DNA of 32,000 nucleotides from Sinorhizobium meliloti (GTDB taxonomy: Bacteria; Pseudomonadota; Alphaproteobacteria; Rhizobiales; Rhizobiaceae): assembly GCF_017876815.1 (NCBI RefSeq), contig NZ_JAGIOS010000001.1:2280001-2312000 (forward strand). Direction: 5' to 3'. Below are positions 25,066 through 32,000 of the stretch, piece by piece. The notes under the pieces are model-generated. The model was not told the DNA's origin. It worked only from the letters and a program-made list of their open reading frames with translations, and did not search any database. A program made the position numbers and the translations under genes. How positions within the stretch are numbered: the stretch's first letter is position 1; every line of letters begins with the position of its first letter.

Positions 25066-25109
25066 AGGCTTATGAAACGAGACCCGCTCGAATAATTGGG
25101 AGTAACAAG

Positions 25110-26228
25110 ATGAAAAAGTCTCTTCTGTCGGCCGTTGCGCTGACAGCAATGGTCGCCTTCAGCGGCACCGCGTGGGCTGACATCCTGGTCGGTGTCGGTG
25201 GTCCGTTGACTGGTCCGAACGCCGCCTTCGGCGCGCAGCTCCAGAAAGGTGCAGAACAGGCGGCCGAGGACATCAATGCTGCAGGTGGCATCAATGGGGA
25301 ACAGATCAAGGTCGTACTCGGCGACGACGTTTCGGATCCCAAGCAGGGTGTTTCCGTCGCCCAGAAATTCGTGGCCGATGGCGTGAAATTCGTCGTTGGT
25401 CACTTCAACTCGGGCGTCTCGATTCCCGCATCGGAAATCTATGCGGAAAACGGCATCCTGCAGGTGACGCCAGCCTCGACCAACCCGCAGTTCACCGAAC
25501 GCGGCCTGTGGAACACCTTCCGCACCTGCGGCCGTGACGACCAGCAGGGCGCCGTTGCGGGCGCCTATATCGCGGCCAATTTCAAGGACGCGAAGGTCGC
25601 CGTCATTCACGACAAGACCCCCTATGGTCAGGGCCTTGCCGACGAAACCAAGAAGTCGATGAACGAAGCCGGCGTCACCGAGGCGCTCTATGAAGGCATC
25701 AACACCGGCGACAAGGACTTCTCCGCACTTATCGCCAAGATGAAGCAGGCTGGTGTCTCGATCGTCTATTACGGCGGTCTGCACACGGAAGCCGGCCTGA
25801 TCATGCGTCAGATGAAGGACCAGGGCCTGAAGGCGACGATGATGTCGGGCGACGGCATCGTCTCGAACGAACTGGCCTCGATTGCCGGCGATGCGGTCGA
25901 CGGCACGCTGATGACCTTCGCACCGGACCCGCGCAAGAGCCCGGCCGCCAAGGACCTCGTCGAGAAGTTCCGCGCCGCCGGCTTCGAGCCTGAAGCCTAC
26001 ACGCTCTATGCCTATGCGGCCCTTCAAGTGATCGCAGAAGGCGCCAAGGCCGCCGGCAACACCGATCCGCAGGCGGTCGCCGAAGCCATCAAGGCCAAGG
26101 GCCCGTTCAAGACGGCAATCGGCGAGCTCGGCTTTGACGAAAAGGGCGACATCACCCGCCCGGACTACGTCATGTACACCTGGAAGAAGGGTGACGACGG
26201 CAAGTTCAGCTACTTCCAGAACGAATAG
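25110..26228 (+). CDS. livK: Leu/Ile/Val (general amino acid) periplasmic binding protein
   Basis: Signal peptide [23 protein letters not shown]. LivJ/K/BraC-type sequence ([22 protein letters not shown]). ATG 25110 follows TGGGAG. Confidence 0.92.
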   Translation: MKKSLLSAVALTAMVAFSGTAWADILVGVGGPLTGPNAAFGAQLQKGAEQAAEDINAAGGINGEQIKVVLGDDVSDPKQGVSVAQKFVADGVKFVVGHFNSGVSIPASEIYAENGILQVTPASTNPQFTERGLWNTFRTCGRDDQQGAVAGAYIAANFKDAKVAVIHDKTPYGQGLADETKKSMNEAGVTEALYEGINTGDKDFSALIAKMKQAGVSIVYYGGLHTEAGLIMRQMKDQGLKATMMSGDGIVSNELASIAGDAVDGTLMTFAPDPRKSPAAKDLVEKFRAAGFEPEAYTLYAYAALQVIAEGAKAAGNTDPQAVAEAIKAKGPFKTAIGELGFDEKGDITRPDYVMYTWKKGDDGKFSYFQNE

Positions 26229-26249
26229 TTCTTTTTCATAGGCAATCTG

Positions 26250-26286
26250 GAAGGCCCGGCGGCATACGCCGGGCCTTCTGCTGTTT
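26250..26286 (+). terminator. Rho-independent terminator of livK
   Basis: GAAGGCCCGGCG-GCATA-CGCCGGGCCTTC is a perfect 12-bp stem, followed by TGCTGTTT. Confidence 0.7.
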
Positions 26287-26533
26287 GGAGCCAGCGAGAT
26301 TGCTTGGAAGAGCAAATCGGACGATCAGAAGGGTCTAAGTGTTAGAGCGGGCTGAGGAAAAGTGTGTGCGGTTTTCCGGCCGCATCCCGCGTCTCGACTT
26401 CTTGGAATAGATCACGGCCATGTAGGTCGACCCGACCTAGGTAACTCCCGTGGTTCGATAGGACTGTTTGTGAACCACTCTGGTTTGTCAAGGTTCCATT
26501 CGAGAGCCGACGCTTCCTGTTCAATGACGCACT

Positions 26534-26986
26534 TTATCGCAGCAGCGACGCCCGGAGAGCCGCGATTTCTCGTTTCAGCCGGGCGACCTCTGCCGGCTCC
26601 ATTCCCGTCGCATCGGCAATGCCGATCGGAACGCGGCTTGCTTTTTCCCTGAGCGCGCGGCCGGTCTCGGTCAGTCGCACACGCACTTGCCGCTCATCGG
26701 CCTTGTCGCGGGTCCGCAAAATGTAGCCCATGGCTTCCAGCCGCTTCAGCATGGGAGTGAGGGTGCTCGACTCCAGGAACAGCTTCTCGCCCAGACTGCC
26801 GACGGTCTGGTCGTCCTTTTCCCAAAGAGCAACCATCACGAGGTATTGCGGGTAGGTCAGGTCGAGCTCGTCGAGGAGCGGCTTGTAGACACGCGTGAAG
26901 GCGTGATTTGCGGAGTAGATCGCAAAGCACAGGAAGTTGTCGAGCTTCATGAGTTCCTCCGAGGAGGGGAGGTTTGTCTTCGCCAT
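26534..26986 (-). CDS. MarR-family regulator, 1-Cys OhrR-like
   Basis: LDNFLCFAIYSANHAF (the OhrR sensing-Cys context) holds the only Cys in the protein. wHTH TYPQYLVMVALWE...SLGEKLFLESSTLTPMLKRLE. ATG 26986 is preferred; ATG 26950 is possible. Confidence 0.85.
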   Translation of the reverse strand: MAKTNLPSSEELMKLDNFLCFAIYSANHAFTRVYKPLLDELDLTYPQYLVMVALWEKDDQTVGSLGEKLFLESSTLTPMLKRLEAMGYILRTRDKADERQVRVRLTETGRALREKASRVPIGIADATGMEPAEVARLKREIAALRASLLR

Positions 26987-27028
26987 CGCTTCGGTCCCGG
27001 TTGTCGTGCCCACTAAAATAAATCGTTC

Positions 27029-27094
27029 GCGATATAATCGCAAGGTATTGACACCGGACGGAGCGCACGATAAATATCGCACACGATTTAATCG
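27029..27094. promoter_or_regulatory. Divergent marR/cpo control region: three CGAT-core palindromes plus a -35 TTGACA (27048-27053) / 17 nt / TAAATA (27071-27076) promoter facing cpo
   Basis: GCGAT-ATA-ATCGC (27029-27041), CGATA-AA-TATCG (27068-27079, overlapping the -10) and CGATT-T-AATCG (27084-27094), all read from the sequence. Confidence 0.45.
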
Positions 27095-27166
27095 CTTTCG
27101 ATATAAAATTGCGTTAGCGGTTGGATCGTGAATTTTGACCGGATTTCAGGGAAAGGAGCATTTCCA

Positions 27167-28174
27167 ATGACCAAGTCTCAGGTGAAGACAACCACGAACG
27201 ACGTCTCCCGCAGAGAAATTCTGGCAGGCGCAATCGGCGCCGCCACCGCCACCGCCACCGCCGCGGCCGCTCTCTCGGCCGCCAGCCCGGCCGTCGCCGG
27301 GGGTGCTGAGCCGCCCGCCGGTGCGGCGACCCCTGGAGCAACCGGCAGCAGGATCATCACGCGTGATGGCGTCGAGATCTATTATAAGGACTGGGGTCCG
27401 AAGGGCGGACCTGTGGTCATCCTCAGCCATGGCTGGCCGCTTTCGTCGGATAGCTGGGAGGCACAGGCCTTCTATCTCGCCAATAACGGCTTTCGGGTCG
27501 TCACCCATGACCGCCGCGGCCACGGCCGTTCGAGCCAGCCATGGGACGGCAACGACATGGACCATTATGCCGACGATCTCGCCGATCTGATCGAAACGCT
27601 GGACCTCAAGGATATCTTCCTTGCCGGCTTCTCGACCGGCGGCGGCGAAGTCGCCCGTTATATCGGACGCCACGGCACGGCCCGCGTCGCCAAGGCAGGA
27701 CTAATCTCGGCAGTGCCGCCCTTGATGGTCAAGACCGACGACAACCCCGGCGGTCTGCCAAAGGAGGTGTTCGATGGCCTGCAGGCCGCCAGCCTCGCCG
27801 ATCGCTCGCAGCTTTACCGGGACATCGCCTCGGGCCCGTTCTTCGGCTTCAACCGGCCCGGCGCGAAACCTTCGCAGGGCATGATCGACAGTTTCTGGCT
27901 GCAGGGCATGACGGCCGGTCACAAGAACGCCTATGACTCCATCGTCGCCTTTTCGCAGACGGATTTCACGGAGGACTTGAAGAAGTTCGATGTGCCGACG
28001 CTCATCATCCATGGCGACGATGACCAGGTCGTGCCCATCGATGCGGCCGCGCGTGCCTCCAAGAAGCTGGTCCCTCAGGCCGAGCTGAAGGTTTATCCGG
28101 GTGCTCCGCACGGCATCACGGATACCCACAAGGACCAGCTCAACAAGGACCTGCTCGACTTCGCAAGGTCCTGA
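27167..28174 (+). CDS. cpo: Tat-exported non-haem chloroperoxidase-like alpha/beta hydrolase
   Basis: Twin-arginine leader [32 protein letters not shown]. Hydrolase core [19 protein letters not shown] (nucleophile), [17 protein letters not shown] 27167 follows AAGGAG. Confidence 0.88.
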   Translation: MTKSQVKTTTNDVSRREILAGAIGAATATATAAAALSAASPAVAGGAEPPAGAATPGATGSRIITRDGVEIYYKDWGPKGGPVVILSHGWPLSSDSWEAQAFYLANNGFRVVTHDRRGHGRSSQPWDGNDMDHYADDLADLIETLDLKDIFLAGFSTGGGEVARYIGRHGTARVAKAGLISAVPPLMVKTDDNPGGLPKEVFDGLQAASLADRSQLYRDIASGPFFGFNRPGAKPSQGMIDSFWLQGMTAGHKNAYDSIVAFSQTDFTEDLKKFDVPTLIIHGDDDQVVPIDAAARASKKLVPQAELKVYPGAPHGITDTHKDQLNKDLLDFARS

Positions 28175-28206
28175 GACAGCGGGATTGCTGCAGGCAAAGC
28201 AGCTGA

Positions 28207-28232
28207 AAAGGGCACCGCCGGGTGCCCTTTTT
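28207..28232 (+). terminator. Rho-independent terminator of cpo
   Basis: AAAGGGCACC-GCCG-GGTGCCCTTT is a perfect 10-bp stem running into TTTTT. Confidence 0.7.
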
Positions 28233-28295
28233 GTATCTGACCGGCTACCCATCGGCTCGATTTCATGCACTATCCGGAAGGATTCCGGGAGACAA

Positions 28296-29273
28296 ATGAT
28301 GACCGCCAAGCCGCGCATTCTTATCACTCGCCGCTGGCCGCAGGCCGTGGAGCGGGTTTTGGCCGAAAGGTTCGATACAGTCCTCAACGAGGAGGACCGG
28401 CCGCTCGACAGGAGCGCGCTCGCAGACGCCTTGCGTAATTTCGATGCGGTGCTGCCGACCGTCTCGGACCGGCTGCCGGCCGATGTTTTCACGGGCGGAG
28501 GTCTTCGCACCCGGATCCTCGGCAATTTCGGCGTAGGCTACAATCACATCGACGCCGGAGCTGCCAAGGAAGCCGGCATCGTGGTGACGAATACGCCCGG
28601 CGTTCTGACCGATTGCACTGCTGATCTCGCCGTATCGCTGCTGCTCGCCGCCGCGCGCCGGACCGGCGAAGGCGAGCGGCAGGTGAGGGCGGGCGCGTGG
28701 GACGGGTGGCGGCCGACCCACATGATCGGAACGAAGGTGACGGGCAAGACGCTCGGCATCATCGGCTTCGGGCGCATCGGAAAAGCCATGGCGAAGCGCT
28801 GCCATTTCGGCTTCGACATGGACATCGTCTTCTACAACCGCTCCAGGGTAGCGCCGGAGGAAGCGGCGCGCTTCGGGGCCCGCCAGCTCGATACGGTCGA
28901 GGACGTGCTCAGGGCAGCGGACTTCGTGTCGCTGCATTGCCCGGGCGGCGGCGAGAACCGGCATTTGATCAACGCGGCGCGCCTTGCGGCAATGAAGCCG
29001 GCCGCCTATCTCATCAACACGTCGCGGGGCGATGTCGTGGACGAGGCGGCATTGATCGCGGCCCTTGAGAAGGGCGTGATCCGCGGCGCCGGGCTCGATG
29101 TCTACGAGGCGGAGCCTGACGTTCCCACGCGCCTGCGTGCGCTCGAAAACGTCGTGCTGCTGCCGCATCTCGGCAGTGCCACGGAGGAGACGCGCACGGT
29201 AATGGGGATGAAGGTCGTCGACAACATCACGGCGTTCTTCGCGGGCCTGCAGCCGCCGGACCGGGTGGCGTGA
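28296..29273 (+). CDS. D-isomer-specific 2-hydroxyacid dehydrogenase (glyoxylate/hydroxypyruvate reductase-like)
   Basis: [12 protein letters not shown] fold, [10 protein letters not shown] and LLPHLGSAT catalytic contexts. ATG 28296 follows GGGAG. The longer track ORF would overlap cpo. Confidence 0.9.
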
Positions 29274-30172
29274 TCTCGGCACTTCGGCAACGCGGTTCGG
29301 GCGAAGACCCGTCCGCAGGGGAGCTTCGGCAAACGTCCATGGAACCGGCAGCGATCATCGCACCGCAGCGGGCGAGGGGAGAGGGGCGGCTCGTCGCCAA
29401 GGCTGAAGGCGGCCGCACGCGCATCGCCGAGCTCTACCAGGAAGGCTGCGCCAAGATCCGTCTGCCGAAGACCTTCGATGCCTCGATGGAGGCCGTGCTC
29501 ATCAATTCGTCGGGCGGCGTGACGGGCGGTGACCGGCTTTCCTGGGAGTTCAGGGCGGGCAAAGGCACGAAACTCACGCTGACGACGCAGGCCTGCGAGA
29601 AGGTCTACAAGGCAGCCGCCGGCACGGCCGAGATTGCGACGCGCATATCGGTCGCCGCCGGCGCTCACGTCGACTGGCTGCCGCAGGAGACGATTCTCTT
29701 CGATCGGTCGGCCCTGTCGCGGAGCCTCGAGGTCGACCTCGCCGCCGATGCATCCTTTCTCGCAGTGGAGGCCGTTCTGATCGGCCGCAAGGCCATGGGT
29801 GAGGAGGTGCGCGCCGGCCTCTTCCGCGACAATTGGCGAATTCGAAGCGGCGGCAGGCTGATCCACGCGGAGAACCTCGCCTTGGCCGGCGACATCGCGG
29901 CGCTTGCGTCCCGGCGAGCGGTGCTCGACGGCGCTGCCGCCTTCGCGACCCTCGTCTATGCCGCGCCGGACTGCGAGTCGCAGCTTTCCAAACTGCGCTT
30001 GGCGCTCGCGGGACATGCCCTGTCCGGCGTCAGCCATTACGACGTCGGCGGTCGCGACAAGATCGTCGCCCGCGTTGCTGCGGCCGATGGGTTCGCGCTC
30101 AGAAAAATCCTCATCCCGCTCATTTCGCACTTGCGTAAAGACGCGTCAGTGCCGAAAGTCTGGACTCTCTGA
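29270..30172 (+). CDS. ureD: Urease accessory protein UreD
   Basis: UreD-like sequence ([25 protein letters not shown]) directly upstream of ureA. The start is uncertain: GTG 29270 (GTGA overlap with the upstream stop) or ATG 29339. Confidence 0.85.
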
Positions 30173-30200
30173 TCCCTGCAATCGATCTGGACGGCGACGC

Positions 30201-30503
30201 ATGAATCTCACTCCGCGCGAAAAAGACAAGCTGTTGATTTCCATGGCGGCGATGGTCGCGCGCCGGCGGCTCGAGCGGGGCGTGAAACTCAATCATCCCG
30301 AGGCGATCGCCCTCATCACCGACTTCGTCGTGGAAGGCGCGCGAGACGGCCGTTCCGTCGCCGAGCTGATGGAGGCAGGCGCCCATGTTCTCACCCGCGA
30401 TCAGGTGATGGAGGGCATTGCGGAGATGATCCACGACATCCAGGTCGAGGCGACTTTTCCCGACGGGACGAAGCTCGTCACCGTCCACGAGCCTATCCGT
30501 TAA
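30201..30503 (+). CDS. ureA: Urease gamma subunit
   Basis: [39 protein letters not shown]... is canonical UreA, 100 aa. Confidence 0.95.
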   Translation: MNLTPREKDKLLISMAAMVARRRLERGVKLNHPEAIALITDFVVEGARDGRSVAELMEAGAHVLTRDQVMEGIAEMIHDIQVEATFPDGTKLVTVHEPIR

Positions 30504-30515
30504 CGAGGAGGCACC

Positions 30516-30770
30516 ATGCTCAGCCTGCGTCCGAACTGCGAATGCTGCGATCGAGACCTGCCACCCGATAGCGGCGATGCGATGATCTGCACCTTCGAGT
30601 GTACCTTTTGCGCCGGCTGTGCGGAAACGAAGCTTGGCGGGACTTGCCCGAATTGCGGCGGCGAACTGGTTCGGCGCCCGGTGCGGCCCGCGTCAATGCT
30701 GAAGAAATATCCGGCATCGACGGCGCGCGTCCTGAAGCCTCAGGGCTGTGCGCCCGAACGAGCCGCCTGA
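30516..30770 (+). CDS. Cys-rich DUF1272-like small protein embedded in the urease cluster
   Basis: 84 aa with CECC, C..EC..C..C and CPNCGG clusters. GAGGAGG RBS. Located between ureA and ureB. Confidence 0.8.
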   Translation: MLSLRPNCECCDRDLPPDSGDAMICTFECTFCAGCAETKLGGTCPNCGGELVRRPVRPASMLKKYPASTARVLKPQGCAPERAA

Positions 30771-30781
30771 GGGGAACGAAC

Positions 30782-31087
30782 ATGATTCCAGGTGAGATTA
30801 TCGCCGCCGCCGGTGAGATCGAGTTGAATGCGGGCCTCGAAACCGTCAGCATCGAGGTCGCCAACTCGGGCGACCGACCGGTGCAGGTCGGTAGCCATTA
30901 TCATTTCGCCGAGACCAATCCGGGCCTGATCTTCGACCGTGACGCCGCGCGCGGCAAGCGGCTCGACATTCCTGCGGGTACGGCCGTCCGCTTCGAGCCG
31001 GGACAGACACGGCAGGTGACGCTCATCCCGCTTTCGGGAAAACGCGAGGTTTTCGGCTTCCGCCAGCAGGTCATGGGGAAGCTATGA
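30782..31087 (+). CDS. ureB: Urease beta subunit
   Basis: MIPGEII...[18 protein letters not shown]...[15 protein letters not shown] is canonical UreB, 101 aa. Confidence 0.95.
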   Translation: MIPGEIIAAAGEIELNAGLETVSIEVANSGDRPVQVGSHYHFAETNPGLIFDRDAARGKRLDIPAGTAVRFEPGQTRQVTLIPLSGKREVFGFRQQVMGKL

Positions 31088-31503
31088 GAGCGGCCGCTCC
31101 TGCGCTGAGCCTGTTGTTGTGCTGCACGGCTCCCGCCAATGCGCAACAGCCTGAGCCGGATTGCCGGAAGGCCGTGAGCCAGATGGATCTCAACATTTGC
31201 GCCGATCAGGACTACCGGGCGGCGGATGCGGAGCTGAACAAGACCTACCGCCTTGTGGTCGCGGCCATGCAGGCGACCGACAAGGAGCTTGGCGACATCG
31301 ACGCGGCTTACGCCGGAGCGCTCGAGGCACTAAAAAAAGCGCAGCGAGCCTGGATCGGCTATCGCGACGGCCAATGCGAACTCGCCGGGTTCGAGGCGAG
31401 GGGCGGCTCGATGGAACCCATGCTGGTCTCCGGTTGCCTCGCAGAGCTGACACGCAAGCGCACCGCCGAGCTCAAGGAACTCATGGAATCTGCGGAGAAT
31501 TGA
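31084..31503 (+). CDS. Exported DUF1311 (LprI / lysozyme-inhibitor-like) protein in the urease cluster
   Basis: Signal peptide ending ANA-QQ. C...MDLNICA...LNKTY...[13 protein letters not shown]...C pattern typical of DUF1311. ATGA overlap with ureB. Confidence 0.8.
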   Translation: MRAAAPALSLLLCCTAPANAQQPEPDCRKAVSQMDLNICADQDYRAADAELNKTYRLVVAAMQATDKELGDIDAAYAGALEALKKAQRAWIGYRDGQCELAGFEARGGSMEPMLVSGCLAELTRKRTAELKELMESAEN

Positions 31504-31527
31504 TCATTGCAAAGCGGCCGCGTCATC

Positions 31528-32000
31528 ATGATCGTTGGCAATGGTGACGTGCCCGAGGGCGCTGCCGCGACGATCGATGCAGCCGATCTGGTGATCCGTT
31601 TCAACGATTGCCGCTCGGTCGGGAAGGGCGGCAGCAGGACCGATATCATCGCCGTCTGCAACACCGGCCGCCCGGCACTGTCGATGCTCGGCGGCGGGCG
31701 CTGGAAGACGAGTGCGGCGGTCCGGCAGGCACGCGAGCTATGGAGCGTCCGCTCCGGAGCCAGGTTCGCCGCGATGCGGGCAGCACTTGCCGGGACCCAT
31801 CCGGATCTCGACGATTTCTGCGACGACTATACGGCCGGCTTCGAGAGCTTCGCGCGGGCGACGGCACGCAAGCACCGGGTCATCGCGGCCGAGACGCATG
31901 ACCGGCTGGAGCGCGATCTCGCCCGCTTCGCGCCGTCGCCTTATGTCGCGCCGTCGAGCGGTCTGGTGGTGATTGCCGACATCGTGTCGAGCTTTGCCGC
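31528..32000 (+). CDS. Hypothetical protein, 5' part (runs off the right edge), urease-cluster associated
   Basis: Frame is open from ATG 31528 (or TTG 31507, which follows GGAG) to the window end, with G/C-rich third positions. It begins MIVGNGDVP...ADLVIRFND. It is absent from the ORF track because no stop lies in the window. Confidence 0.6.
   Translation, partial: MIVGNGDVPEGAAATIDAADLVIRFNDCRSVGKGGSRTDIIAVCNTGRPALSMLGGGRWKTSAAVRQARELWSVRSGARFAAMRAALAGTHPDLDDFCDDYTAGFESFARATARKHRVIAAETHDRLERDLARFAPSPYVAPSSGLVVIADIVSSFA

Noticed and set aside
27241-27264. Tandem hexamer (CGCCAC)x3 followed by CGCCGC
   Set aside because: It lies inside the cpo coding region and simply encodes the ATATAT part of the Tat-signal h-region. 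It is too short to call a repeat feature, although it could be length-variable between strains.
28263-30130. ORFs 28263-29282 (minus, 339 aa) and 29102-30130 (minus, 342 aa)
   Set aside because: They are antisense to the 2-hydroxyacid dehydrogenase and ureD genes and are shadow ORFs.

Overview
High-G+C, densely coding alphaproteobacterial chromosome segment. It looks Rhizobiaceae-like: the order livHMGF / small membrane ORF / livK, then marR-cpo, then ureD-ureA-x-ureB matches what I remember of Sinorhizobium/Ensifer, but that is not verified. Left to right: (1) an unidentified CDS 3' end and a possible 49-aa tail-anchored micro-ORF. (2) Aldehyde dehydrogenase, a DMT/EamA transporter, a class-I aminotransferase and a LysR regulator. 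(3) Divergent from LysR, a translationally coupled operon: agmatinase-family ureohydrolase, PotD/F-like binding protein, ABC ATPase, two permeases and a nitrilase-superfamily C-N hydrolase. (4) A quinone/hydroquinone-detoxification-like set: Mhq-type VOC ring-cleaving dioxygenase, NADPH-FMN reductase, a second Mhq-type dioxygenase fused to a carboxylesterase, and an SDR. (5) A Crp/Fnr regulator, an orphan receiver protein and cysQ. (6) livHMGF, a small membrane protein and livK. (7) A 1-Cys OhrR-like MarR regulator divergent from a Tat-exported chloroperoxidase-like alpha/beta hydrolase. (8) A D-2-hydroxyacid dehydrogenase and the start of a urease cluster (ureD, ureA, Cys-rich DUF1272-like ORF, ureB, DUF1311-like ORF, one further partial ORF). 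The segment that does not fit is about 13.3-15.6 kb. It is a visibly lower-G+C, two-gene insertion that splits the Mhq-like cluster. It encodes a RES-domain toxin preceded by a 367-aa partner. Only the partner's C-terminal third looks like the canonical Xre/DUF2384 antitoxin; about 235 N-terminal residues have no family I can recognise. The operon is fronted by a near-consensus promoter embedded in a GTTGAT/ATCAAC repeat array. This is my best candidate for a non-canonical toxin-antitoxin or defence-type system. I saw no rRNA, tRNA, CRISPR array, IS element or integrase. The many long antisense ORFs in the track are shadow ORFs of a high-G+C genome.
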